Assembly (NCBI RefSeq): GCF_036365525.1
Contig: NC_090394.1
Coordinates: 37,359,243-37,423,242, forward strand
Source: Heterodontus francisci
Lineage: Eukaryota
Direction: 5' to 3'
DNA length: 64,000 nt
A program made the translations under genes and the position numbers. The notes under the pieces were generated by a model. The model had not been told where the DNA came from. It saw only the letters and a list, made by a program, of their open reading frames with translations, and searched no databases. Shown piece by piece: positions 36,925 to 49,188 of the stretch; the stretch's first letter is position 1; every line of letters starts with the position of its first letter.

Positions 36925-39835
36925 TCATAGAATGATTACAGCACAGGAGGCGGCCCTTTGGCCTATCGTGTCCATGCCAACTCTCTGCAAGAGCACTCAA
37001 CTATTCCCACTCTCCCACCCCTTCCCTGCAGCCCAGAAAATTTTCTCTACTCAGGCATTTATCCAATTCCCTTTTGAAAGCCACGACTCAATCTGCCTTC
37101 ACCATGATCTCAGGCAGTGCATTCCAGATCCTAAGCAATCGCTGCATAATCAAGTTTTTTTCTCATGTCGCCATTGGTACTTCTGACATCCAACTTAAAT
37201 CTGTGTCCTCTGGTTCTCAAGCCTTCCATCGATGCAACAGTTTCTCTCTATCTACACTGTCCAGCCCCCTCATGATTTTGAACACCTTCCTCCCAACCTT
37301 CTCTTCCCTAGCTTCTCCAACTTATCCACATAACTGAAGTCCCTCATCCCTAGAATCATTCTCGTAAATCTTTTCTACACCCTCTCTAAAGCCTTTACAT
37401 TCTTCCTGAAGTGTGGTGCCCCAGAATTGGACACAATACTCCAAGTAACGCCGAACAACTGTTTTATAAGTGTTCACCATAACTTCCTTGCTTTTGTACT
37501 CGATGCCTCTATTTATAAAGCACACAATTCCATATGCTTTTATTAACCATTTTCCCAATCTGCCCTGACACAACGATTTATGCACATATACCCCCAGGTC
37601 TCTGATCCTGCATCCCCTTTAGAATTGTATTCTTTATTTTGTATTGCCTCTCCTCGTTCTTCCTCCCAAAATGTATCATTTTACACTGCTCTGCATTAAA
37701 TTTTATCTGCCACGTGTCCATCCGTTCCACCAAACTATATCCTCTTGAAGTCTATCACTATTCTCTCACAATCCAAAATACTTCCAAGTTTTGTGCGCTC
37801 TGCAAATTTTAAAATTGCGTCCTGTACACCCAAATCTAGGTCCTTAACACAGATCAAGAAAAGCAGTGGTCCTAGTCCCATTCCCACTTTCCTCCAGTCC
37901 GAAAAACAACTGTTCACCCCTACTCTCTGTTTCTTGTCACTCAGCCAATGTTGGATCCATGCTGCCACTGTCCCTTTTATTCCATGGGTTTTAACTTTGC
38001 TGACAAGCCCGTTATGTGGCACTTTATCAAATGCCTTTTATAAGTCTATGTACACCACATGAATCTCATTACCCCTCTCTGTTACCTCATCAAAAACTCA
38101 ATCAAGTTAAACACGATTTGCCTTTAACAAATCCGGGCTGGCATTCGCTAACTCATCCATGTTGTCCAAACAACCATTAATTTTGGTCTGGATTATCATT
38201 CTAAAAGCTTTCCCAGCACTGAGGTTAAACTGACTGGCTGGTAGTTGCTGGGCTTATCCTTACATCCTTTTCTGAACATTCTCCACTCCTTTGGCACCAC
38301 ACCTGTCTCTAAGGATGATTGGAAGATTACGGTCAGTACCTCCGCAATTTCCACCCTTATTTCTTTCAGTATCCTCGGATGCATTTCATCTGGTCCTGGT
38401 GATTTAGCTACTTTAAGTACAGCTAACCTTTCCAATAACTCCTCTATCAATTTTTAGCCTGTACAGTGCCTCAACTACCTCACCTTTCACAGTGACTTTG
38501 GTAGCATCTTCTTCCTTGCAAAATACAGATGCAAAGTACTCATTCAGTACCTCAGCCATGCCCTCAACCTTGATGTGTATATCTCCTTTTTGGTCCCTAG
38601 TCAGACCCACTCTGCCTTTTACCAGTTTTTTACTATTTTATAATGCCTACAAGACTTTTGAATTCTCTTTTATGTTAGCTGCTAGTCTCTTCTCATACGC
38701 TCTCTTTGCTTCTCATTTCTATTTTCACTTCCCGTACTCAGCCTGATTCTCACTTGTATTATCAACCTGACATCCGTCATATGCACCATCTTTCTGGCTC
38801 ATCTTACTGCCTACCTCTTGCATTGTCCAGGGAGCTCTGGCTTTGTTAGTCCTACCTTGCCCACTCGTGGGAATGGACAAGCACAAAACTGGAACTTATA
38901 TCTTCCTTAAAAGCACTCCATTGTTCCACTACAGTTCTGCCTGCCAACCTTTAATTCAAATTTATCTGGAGCAGATTCATTTTCATCCAACTGAAATTGG
39001 CCCTCCATCAATTATCTTTACTCTGATTGCTCCTTGTCCTTTTCCATATTATCATATGGTTTAGGTTAGCCATTTTAACTCTCCACTAAATGTTCCCCTA
39101 TTAATACTTTATCCACTTGACCCACCTCATTCCCCAGAACCAGATCCAGCAATGGCTAATTCCTCATTGAACTGGAAATATACCGATCTGGAAAATTCTC
39201 CTGAACACACTTCAGAAACTCTCCCCTCTCTGTCCTTTACACTATTACTATCACAGACTATATTAGGATAAGTAAAGTCCCCCATTATAACTACTCTATA
39301 GTTTCTGCACTTCTGTATAACTTCTTGCAAATTTGTTCCATTATATCTTTCCGACAAGGTAGCGGCCTATAGAATACCTCGATTGGGTACTTGTACCTCT
39401 GTTGTTTCTTAGCTCTAACCAAATAGATTCTGTCTTTATCCCTCTGGGATATCCTCTCTCTCCAGTACTGTAATATTCTCCTTAATCAATAGTGCCACCC
39501 CTCCTCCTTTCTTTATTTCCTCATCTGTGCTGAACACCTTGTATCCGGGAATATTTAGTACCCAGCCATGCCCTTTTTTGAGCCAGGTCTCCGTTATCGC
39601 CACACCATATTTCCACATGGATATCTGCACCTGCAGCTCACCAACCTTATTCAACACAGTCTGTGCATTCACATGCATGCACTGTAAACTTAACATTGCA
39701 TTACCGCTCACTCCACCAAATATCTTACTATTTCTTATTCTGTTGCGATTTGTCTCTCCCAATCCTTTGCGCATCTACTTTTCTCTCCAGAATATTACCT
39801 CCTGGTTCCCATCCTCCTATCAAGTTAGTTTAAAC
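36925..39835 (-). mobile_element. CR1/HER1 LINE ORF2 relic (APE plus RT, fragmented)
   Basis: Peptides AITETWLK..NIPGYKVF...KKGGGVALLIK, IMGDFTYP, KSPGPDEMHPRILKE, NYQPVSLTS, LGPLLFLI and LEYCVQFW, plus the 3' tail at 36925. Confidence 0.93.
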
Positions 39836-39859
39836 CAGGGTTGTACAACCTCTTTGCGT

Positions 39860-39891
<32 letters not shown>

Positions 39892-40540
39892 TTCAGAAAG
39901 ATAAAGGCATTAAAAAATTATCTATCAGCCAAAACAACAAATGTGCATTTTTGGGAAGAAACTTAAATGAGAAGATTAATTTATTGACTTGCTTTCTCAC
40001 CACAATGTTGGACACTGATTTAGTGAGATACCTGGCATTTTTTTTGCTTGCACAAGTAGTCAATGTTTGACCGCGTAATTCTACAGCGATTTGGAATATC
40101 CCAGACAGATGTCCATTTGTCAGGAGCGATCTTGGTCACTGTCTCTCTCTTCCTCTGTCCTTCCCTCTCGCTCTCTCTCTCTGTGCCCCCCCTCCACTTT
40201 CTCTCTCTCTCTGTCCCCCCTCGCCCCCTCCGTCACTCTCTCTCCCTCCCCCCTCACTCTCTCTCCCTCCCCCCTCACTCTCTCTCCCTCCCCCCCTCCC
40301 GCTGTCTCCCCCCTCCCGCTGTCTCCCCCCTCCCCCTTCTTCCCTTGTCCCCACTCCCCCTTCACTCCCTGTCCCCCTCCCCCTTCCCTCCCTCTCCCCC
40401 TTCCCTCCTTTATCCACCTCCCCCTTCCCTCCCTTTCCCCTGTCCCCCCTCCCCCTCTCTACCTGCCCCCCCTCTCTACCTCCCTCTCTGTCCCCTCCTC
40501 CCCCTCTGTGTTCTCCCCCCCCACCCCCCCTCCCCCCTCT
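39836..40540 (-). mobile_element. Second, truncated copy of the Buster/Charlie hAT family, with an approximately 400-bp purine tract
   Basis: Terminus CAGGGTTGTACAAC follows gtttaaac. 39940-40140 is the reverse complement of 23340-23484 plus 23827-23885 and encodes NIDYLCKQKKCQVSH*. 40140-40540 is CT-rich. Confidence 0.8.
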
Positions 40541-40554
40541 GGTCTCCATCAGAA

Positions 40555-40824
40555 AATAGATTGCATTTTTCTTGGGCGTGAAATAAGTTGTTAGTGCATT
40601 TTTTGATGAATCGTAGTGGCTTGTGCAGGTTTAAGTGTCTCAAAAATATTTCCCACTTCTTCGCCTTTATAGTGGAGAAGTAAAACCTTGTTTTCTCTAT
40701 CAGTGATTCCAAAATTCACCATTGCGCCCTCGAATCATCAGAGCCACTTCTACCAACGAGGGATCACAAATGAGGGCTCAGAGTGCACATCAAAATGTGA
40801 CAGGTTGGGTATAGCCGTCACCAT
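40555..40824 (-). pseudogene. Gypsy (Metaviridae) gag N-terminal relic
   Basis: Translates MVTAIPNLSHFDVHSEPSFVIPRW*KWL**FEGAMVNFGITDRENKVLLLHYKGEEVGNIFETL, then after a frameshift YDSSKNALTTYFTPKKN. This is the typical Gag start of Mag/K02A2.6-like elements. Confidence 0.75.
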
Positions 40825-41180
40825 CTGAATCGTCAATACAGTGATTGTGCCTGCGGAACGCTATCCTGGATCCTTGATCACACACGATCACACAGACGTT
40901 GTCAAAAGTAATAGCGGCAGGTGGAAGAAACAAATGCACATTTTGGGGGGGGGTGGGGGGGTGCAATCGTGCAACAAATTCTTCTCCAAGGTTTAAGCAG
41001 ACCTAACTACCCTTGCATTATTGTATGAGACAAAATGGATGTAATGCATTAGCTGCACAAAGATAAATGGTCTGCTGCACACAAAAAAAAACTGTCCATA
41101 TTTGACAATCTGCATTACCAGAAGCACATGACTAAAAGCACAGCGAATTATACCTGGCTATAAAGTAAATGCAGATTCTG

Positions 41181-41351
41181 TCCTCGAAGCCATTGTAAGA
41201 TCTCACATAGTAGATCAGCTATTGTACATCTCTGGAACAAACTCAGGCACTACCTTCTGAACTGCTGCTGTAAACTGAATCTTATTGACTCCCTCTAGTG
41301 GCACCACTCCACCAAGCGTGTGCAGTGGCCTCAAATGAACAATACACTACA
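41181..41351 (-). mobile_element. Gypsy 5' LTR (41194-41351) and primer-binding site (41181-41192)
   Basis: Minus strand reads TGTAGT...CTTACA then a-TGGCTTCGAGGA (compare the TGGCGACGAGGA PBS). Lies upstream of the gag relic in the same orientation. Confidence 0.6.
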
Positions 41352-42329
41352 TAGCAAATGAACAATCCATTACATCCTACCCCAGATGTGAGAGAGAGCA
41401 CAAAACCAGCAGGCATCGGGCTTATATTGTCAAAAACAGGTTGCAAAAATGCTACTGCCATTTTAAAACACATCATCAATCTAAAACCAGAAATAAAATG
41501 AGAAAAACGTTTGGGGATTTTAGATCTCTCTAATGCATTACAACTTAGGGCAGGGGGTCAGGAGGTGGAGGACAGTGGGGAGGGGGGGGGGGGGGCGGAA
41601 GTAGTATAGGAGAAGTGCTGGAACACATTGGCAGTGTACCATGGATTGGTGAAAACAATATTCAATTTACTACATTACTTCAGAAGAGATTAAAAGAGAA
41701 AAAGTCATCCAGCTCTTTCTCTCTCCAACTAACAACCAATCTATAGCAGTATAAGTGGAAAGTCCAGGAGCAGCCTGCCCACCCACCCTCAACTGCTATG
41801 TGGTCTCCAGAGGCCACTAGAAAAAGGAGAAAATTATTATAAATGAAAAAAAGAGAAATTGTATTCTCAAACAGCAAAACATTTCAGAGGCTATGCGCAA
41901 TACCAAAATCTTCAGTTTCCACATCAGAAAAACCAAGTGTCATGTCACCTCCACTTTTTTTTAAAAAAAAGAAAAAAGCAAAAAGATAGCAACTTTTTCT
42001 CACACAGTATTTTAAAGCACATTTAATGTCTGGCACTGAACTTGCAGCAGTAATTCAATGTTGAGGTTCTGCTGACGTTCATAAACCACTTAAGCTCCGC
42101 TCTTGTTGTTTATTGTACCAGGATTGCTCAACTGAATTACTGCCGCAAATCTCACTGGCAGCCATCCATTACCCAACATTATAGGTACTATTTACTGGGA
42201 CATTAAGAATGTAGGATTTCTTTTCAGAGTTAAGAGAATTTTTAAACTTTTATTTTAAAAATTTTTTCTTCTAATTTTCTCCCCTCCTTTCCTAAAAACA
42301 CCTACACGTTCTTGTAACAGTTTTTCTTA

Positions 42330-43312
42330 TCAGGCAGATAGGCAAAGAAGTTCTTCAAATTTGCATCCATACATTTTGTTAAGAGGAATAAGGAGTTTGC
42401 ATACTCCTTGGAAAATAAGTGTTTAAATGGGGTAAAGAAACAGATTAATAAAGCCATAGAAAATGTAAATAAAGCACTGGGGTGCATTTCTAGAAAGATG
42501 GAATTGAAAAGCAGTGAAGTTAATTAAACTTGCATAGAACCTTAGTTAGATTACACTTGGAGTACTGTGAACAGTCCTGATCTCCATGTTATACAAAGAG
42601 CAAAGAAACACTGGAGAAGGTGCAAAAAATATTCACTGGAATGATACCAGGTTATACTCATCAAAAAATATCGAATAGGCTGGGGCTATATTCGCTAGAA
42701 AAGCGAAGACTGAGGAGTAATTTAGTTTAGTTGATACAGCACTGAAACAGGCCCTTCGGACCACCGAGTCTGTGCTGACCATCAACCACCCATTTATACT
42801 AATCCTACACTAATTCCATATTCCTACCACATCCCCACCTGTCCCTATATTTCCCTACCACCTACCTATACTAGTGACAATTGCTAATGGCCAATTTACC
42901 TATCAACCTGCAAGTCTTTGGCATGTGGGAGGAAACCGGAGCACCCGGAGGAAACCCACGCAGACACGGAGAACTTGCAAACTCCACACAGGCAGTACCC
43001 AGAATTGAACCCGGGTCACTGGAGCTGCGAGGCTGCGGTGCTAACCACTGCGCCACTGTGCCGCAAGAGGTCTTTAAGAATATGCAAGAGTTTGATAGAT
43101 AGACATAAAGATGATGTTTCCACTGGCAGGCAAGACCAGAACTAGGGGCCATAAACATAAGATAGTCCCTAATAAATCCAATAGAGAATTCAGGAGAAAC
43201 TTCTTCACACAGAGAGTGGTGAGAATGTGGAACTTGCTATTATAAGGAGCAGTTGAGATTAATAGCACAGATACATTTAAGGGGAAACTAGCTAAGCACA
43301 AATGACAAAGGG
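42330..43312 (+). mobile_element. CR1 LINE 3' fragment interrupted by a SINE
   Basis: Relics of LVRLHLEYC, LEKVQK, LEKRRLR and TRGHKHKI..NFFTQRVVRMWN. Confidence 0.8.
42720..43064 (-). mobile_element. Full-length HE1-like SINE
   Basis: Head gcggcacagtggcgcagtggttagc on the minus strand; (AAACT)n tail. Confidence 0.92.
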
Positions 43313-43316
43313 CGCT

Positions 43317-43620
43317 GGGCGGCACAATGGCGCAGTGGTTAGCACCGCAGCCTCACAGCTCCAGGGACCCGGGTTCAATTCTGGGTACTGCCTGTGCGGA
43401 GTTTGCAGGTTCTCCCTGTGACCGCGTGGGTTTTCGCCAGAGGCGAAAGACTTGCAGGTGATAGGTAAATTGGCCATTGTAAATTTCCCCATAGTGTAGG
43501 TAGGTGGTAGGGAATATGGGATTACTGTAGGGTTAGTATAAATGGGTGGTTCTTGGTCGGCACAGACTCGGTGGGCCGAAGGGCCTGTTTCAGTGCTGTG
43601 TCTCTAAATAAATAAATAAA
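43317..43620 (+). mobile_element. Full-length HE1-like SINE (small internal deletion)
   Basis: A box TGGCGCAGTGG, B box GGTTCAATTC and a (TAAA)n tail. Confidence 0.92.
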
Positions 43621-43624
43621 GGGG

Positions 43625-44012
43625 AAACGAAACATAATAACCTAAGAAATAGGAACAGGAGTAGGCAATTTGCCTGTCCCACCATTCAATAGGATCATGC
43701 CCGACGATCTACTTCAACTCCACCTTCCCGCACTGTTCCCATATCCCTCAATTTGCTCAGTACCCAAAAATCTATCAATTTCATTCTTTAATATACACAA
43801 CATCCACAGCTCGAGTTGAAAATTCCAAAGACTCACAACACTCGAGTCAAGAGTCTTCGCCTCATCTCAGTTCTAAATGGCCAACCTCTAGTGCTGAGAA
43901 TGCGACTCTGTGTTCTAGATTCCCCGGCCAGGGGAAATATTTTCTCAGCATCTACCTTGTAAAGCCCCTTAACAATCTTATATATTTAATTCAATCACCT
44001 CTCATTCTTTTA
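43625..44012 (-). mobile_element. CR1 LINE 3' fragment
   Basis: taagaaataggaacaggagtaggc..ccattcaataggatcatg..tcacctctcattctt. Confidence 0.7.
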
Positions 44013-44173
44013 CATCTACATGAGGAAGCAATGCCAAACTTACATAGCTGCCAATAACAAGATTGCGAAACTAACTTTCATCTTTTCTCAGTTCTGACAA
44101 CCCAGCTCACATACACATCCTTTGAAGTCATTAGCAGCTAACATTTAAACAAAAAGATTCCCCATCTTGTATG

Positions 44174-46470
44174 GTCTTCCTTCCTTCTGGCCTCCTTGTC
44201 TCAAGAGACAATGGGTAAAACGCCCCAGAGGTGGTTAGTGGTTTGTGGAGCAGTGCTTGGTGTGGCTATAAAGACCAATTCTAGAGTGACAGACTCTTCC
44301 ACAGGCACTGCAGGTAAAGTTGGTTGTTGGGGCTGTTGCACAGTTGGCTCTCTCCTTACACTGCTGTCTTTTTTCCTGCCAACTGCTGAGTCTCTTCACC
44401 TCGTCTTTATAGCTGTCCACCAGCTCTGGCGATCACTGGCAACTAGCTCCCACAACTTGTGGTCAATGTCGCAAGACTTCATGTTGCGTTTGCAAACGTC
44501 TTTAAAGCGGAGACATGGACGGCCGGTGGGTCTGATACCAGTGATGAGTTCGCTGTACAATACATCCTTGGGGATCCTGCCATCTTCCATGCGGCTCACA
44601 TGGCCAAGCCATCTCAAGCACCGCTGGCTCAGTAGGGCGCACATGCTGGGGATGTTGGCTGCCTCGAGGACTTCTGCATTGGAGATACGGTCCTGCCACC
44701 TGATGCCAAGGATTCTCCGGAGACAGCGAAGGTGGAATGTGTTGAGACATCGTTCTTGGCTGACATATGTTGTCCAGGCCTCGCTGCCGTAGAGCAAGGT
44801 ATTGAGGACACAGGCTTGAAACACTCGGACTTTTGTGTTCCGTGTCAGTGCACCCTCTTGGCCAGTCTGGACATAGAAGCAGTCGCCTTTCCCATGCGCT
44901 TGTTGATTTCTGCATCGAGAGACAAGTTGCTGGTAACGGTTGAGCCCAGGTAGGTGAACCCTTGAACCACTTCCAGAGTGTGGTCGCCGATATTGATGGA
45001 TGGAGCATTTCTGACGTCCTATTCCATGTTGTTCGTTTGCTTGAAACTGATCAGGCCAAATTTGTTGTAGGCAGCCGCAAGCCTGTCCATGAGTCTCTGC
45101 AGACACTCTTCTGTGTGGGATGTTAATGTAGCATCGTCAGCAAAGATTACTTTCCATACTTTGGTCTTCGCTCCAAGACGGGCAAGGTTGAACAACCTGC
45201 CACCTGATCTTGTGTGGAGGAAAATTCCTTCTTCTGAAGACTTGAACGTATGAGAGAGCAGCAGTGAGAAGAAAATCCCAAACAGTGTGAGTGCAAGAAC
45301 ACAGCCCTGTTTCACGCCACTCAGGAAGGGAAAGGAGTCTGATGATGCACCGTTATGCTGAATTGTGCCTTTCATATTGTCATGGAACAAGGCGATGACG
45401 CTTAGTAGCTTTGGTGGACATCCAATCTTTGCTAGTAGTCTGAAGAGACCACATCTGCTGACGAGTTCAAAGGCTTTGGTGAGATCTATGAAGGCAATGT
45501 AGAGGGGCATCTGTTGTTCGCGGCATTTCTCCTGTAGCTGTCGAAGGGAGAACAGCATATCAATAGTGGATCTCTCTGCTCGAAAGCCGCACTGTGCCTC
45601 AAGGTAGACACGCTCAGCCAGCTTCTGGAGTCTGTTTAAAACGACTGGAGCAAAGGCTTCACCACTGTGCTGAGCAGGGAGATTCCACAGTAGTTCTTGC
45701 AGTCACCGCGGTCACCCTTGTTCTTATACAGGGTGATGATATTGGCATTGCGCATGTCCTGTGTTACTGCTCCCTCATCCCAGCACAAGCAAAGCAGTTT
45801 GTGGAGTGCTGAGAGTATAGCAGGCTTGGCATCTTGATTATTTCAGGGGTAATGCCGTCCTTTCCAGGGGCTTTTCCACTGGCTAGAGAATCGATGGTGT
45901 TACTGAGCTCCGATTTTGTGAGCTGTTCGTCCAGCTCCTCCATGACTGGCAGAGACTGGGCTGCATTGAGGGCGGTATCAGTGACATCATTTTCCCTGGA
46001 GTACAGTTCTAGGTAGTGCTCCACCCAGCTGTCCATTTGCTTGCTTGGATCAGTGATCGTTTCCCCTGATTTAGACTTGAGGGGGGTGATCTTCTTGATG
46101 GTTGGCCCAAAAGCTCTCTTAATGCCATTATACATCCCTCTGATGTTTCCGGTGTCGGAGGCCAGCTGAATACGACTGCATAGGTGTTGCCAGTAGTCAT
46201 TTGCACAGCGCCTGGCTGTTCTTTGCATGGTGCTTCTGGTGGCTTTAAGTACTAAGGATGTTAACTCGCTGGGGGCTTTCTTGTGGTTCAGCAGTGCAGT
46301 GCGTTTGGCAGCTATGACTGGTTCCATCTCTTCAAAGTGAGATTGTAACCAGTCTGCATTCTGCTTCTCACGCTTGCCAAAGGTGGTCATTGCTGAGTCA
46401 TAGATGGCGTCTCTGATGTAGGCCCATGGTCACTGCATCCCCTGCAGGAGTGTTTTGAAGGGCTTTTTCA
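44174..46470 (-). mobile_element. RTE-clade (BovB-like) LINE, 5'-truncated, with frameshifts
   Basis: Peptides GKAPGKDGI, AFIDLTKAF, GVKQGCVLA, FADD, LLYGSEAWT, LRWLGHVSRM and the C-terminal zinc finger CSACGRVCHSRIGLYSH; (GAAG)n tail. Confidence 0.93.
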
Positions 46471-46474
46471 GGCT

Positions 46475-46825
46475 TAGGCTGGAGGACATTGCAGAGATAG
46501 GATGGGGAGAAGCTATGAACAGTTTAAAGACAAGAATTTAAAATCTAATTCTTTGGGGACAGGTAGCCAACATAAGTCAGGGAGGTTGGGTGATATGCAA
46601 CTAAGACTTTGCACAGATGAGGATACATGCAACAGAGTTTTGAAAAAGTTGGAATTTATGGGTGGTAGAAGATCGAATGCCAAAATGGAGAGCATTGATG
46701 TAGTTAAATTTGAAGATGGGCGTGTATGATGGTTTCAGCAGCAATGGGGTGGAGGAAGCAATATTACCATGGTGGAAATGAATGGCCTTTGCAATGGAAA
46801 GGACATGGGATCTGAAACTCAGCTC
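46475..46825 (-). mobile_element. Degraded L2 fragment
   Basis: Relic peptide LPDLCWLPVPKELDFKFL. Confidence 0.6.
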
Positions 46826-46827
46826 AA

Positions 46828-47650
46828 CATCATATATTTATATAGCGCCTTTAATGGAATAAAACGCCCCAAGGCACTTTACAGGAACACGATAAAACAA
46901 AGTATGACACTGAGCCCCACAAGGAGATATCAGGTCAGATGACCAAAAGCTTGGTCAAAGAGGTAGATTTTATTTTGGAGTGTCTTAAAGGAGGAAAGCG
47001 AAGTGGAGAGGTAGACAGGATATTCCAAAGCTTGGGGTCTAGGCAACTGAAGGTATGGCCACAATAGTGGAGCAATTAAAATCAGGGATGCACAAGAGGC
47101 CAGAATTAGACGAACGCAGACATCACAGAGAATTGTGGGGCTGGAGGAGATTACAAAGATAGGAAGGGGCGAGGCCAATGGAGGGATTTGAAAACAGGGA
47201 TGAGAATTTTAAAATCAAGATGTTACTTGACTGGGAGCCAACACAGGTTAGCGAGCACAGGGGTGATAGGGGAAGGGGACTTGGTGCAAGTTAAGACATG
47301 GGCAGCAGCGTTTTGGATGATGTCAATTTTATCGAGAGTAGAATGTGGGAGACCAGCCAGGAGTGCATTGGAATAGTCAAGTCTAGAGGTGACAAAGGCA
47401 TGAATGAGGGTTTCAACAACAGATGAGCTGAGACGGGGCAACGTTAGGCAACACTACGGAGGTGGAAATAGGCAATCTTAGTGATGGCATGAATGAGGTC
47501 GTAACCTCATCTCGGGATCAAACGTGACACCAAGATTGCGAACAACAGATTGCTTAATCTCAGACTGTTCCCAGGGAGAGGAATGGAATTGACAGCTGGG
47601 GAATGGAGTTTGGAGCAGGGACTGGAAACACTGGCTTCAGTCTTTCCAAT
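46828..47650 (-). mobile_element. L2 LINE 3' fragment
   Basis: Peptide ETLIHAFVTSRLDYSNALLAGLP..IQNAAAHVL...HWLP-type motif (here CWLPVK). L2 tail aaggcgctatataaata on the minus strand. Confidence 0.88.
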
Positions 47651-48324
47651 AAAAGAGCTCAGGATCATAAATTCCACAGGTTCTGGCCATCCTGGCATAT
47701 TAAGTTGGAGTGCTAATCAAAGGAATGGCTCGCAAGATTCCCCGTTTGAACAACAACCTACTACTCAGGTTCTGACTTCACATTCCAGTCATCAGCCAAA
47801 GGCTACCAATTGGGCACTTGGCAAAACATGCCACCTCTGATGTATCAGATCTATCAAACTCTAACCTTTTCTCCTTCCCTCCCTTGCCATCTTGATTGAT
47901 TAGTGCAGGTATCAGCAATAGTTACTGAGGAGTCCATCTTTCTCTCATAGGCAAATCTACCACAAAATGAGAAAGTACCTCCAGCTGTGTGCTAAGACAA
48001 TAATTGAGCCTCCTGGACTCAGGGGAGAAAGCAACTGTTCATCCTTTGACAAAATTTTAAGCGAGAACTGCAAGAAGTGGAGAACAGCCCTGGCTACTGA
48101 ATCATTCCCCTTTTCCAAGAGATGGTGGATTTAATGGTAGCTGAAAGGCATGATTAAATCAACGTCTAGATGAGTAAATCAAATAAAAATCAGGATTAAA
48201 GCACAGATGAACAAATAACCAGCACATCCCAAACACAGTAAAAACAGAGGAGAATGAGGGGAAACCCTCAGTCTTGTTTTTGGCCAGGAAGCAAGTAATT
48301 GTTCCAACAAATTGAAAGTGTTAC

Positions 48325-48575
48325 TTCAATATCTCAGTGGGTAAATGCACTAACCATTGTGGTTGAGTCCAACGAACTAGGAACATCCCAGTTTCCAATC
48401 CTGGTCTGTGTGGTAGTTGGTCACATATTATGTCTTAGCACCTATTAGAGGTTCAGATGGGGTGGGGTGACAAGAGTAGCTAGCGTTCCAGTCTGTTTGC
48501 TGTCAAGTTACCCACACTGGAATGAGAATGTGTGGATGTGGAGCAAGGATGGGCTCAAGCACAGCTGTACAACTG
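48325..48575 (+). mobile_element. Old degraded tRNA-derived SINE
   Basis: ctcagtgggtaaatgcact head, a decayed B box and cctggtctgtg; family not identified. Confidence 0.4.
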
Positions 48576-49105
48576 AAGCATAATTTCCTCCCCTGATGGT
48601 ACTAAATTATGATCTATTTTGCAAGGCTCTATACATTATGAAACTTACTGAATAAAGGTAGTTAGCTGCATGCAACTAAAAGAAATTGGAGGAGAGCAGA
48701 CAGGCAAAGAGGAGCTAACCTTTCTAACTTATGATTTACCAACAGACTTTCAAAGGATGTCAGACAGTCAAGATGTGCTCCTCATCATCATGCATGCAAT
48801 AGGGGTTTAGAAGGAATTTCTTGCACAGAGAGTGATGAGAATGCATAGGAAACGACGGGAGAAAATTAGAGGAAACAGAAGATTCAAACAGAAGTTTCAG
48901 AATTCTCTTACCTCTGAAAATAAATGCTACATTCTTGACACACAAGAACTTAGCCCAATTACTGCCCACAAATGTACAGTTCGCTGGAATTAGCACCATT
49001 GGTGTTATGCGAAGCAAGTTGTCTTCTCTCATTTAAGAATGCAAGGTATTAGATATTTGGCAGTGAGACTCAAGGTAATAATTCAATTTAGCAACATACT
49101 TGTTA

Positions 49106-49188
49106 AATGATTCTTAATGTCACAGTAAACAGTACCTATTGTTATTATTTGAAGTAGAGAAAGATACAAGTCTAGTAGCGAGGGGAGA
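49106..49188 (+). repeat. 83-bp direct repeat, copy 1
   Basis: 80/83 identical to 51362-51444. Confidence 0.9.

Noticed and set aside
40063-40594. Pro/Ser-rich and Gly/Glu-rich ORFs
   Set aside because: They come from the low-complexity CT tract inside the hAT relic.
40981-40998. gtttaagc as the second TSD of the 39836 hAT copy (7/8 match to gtttaaac)
   Set aside because: No matching TIR lies next to it, and it falls within the Gypsy leader region.
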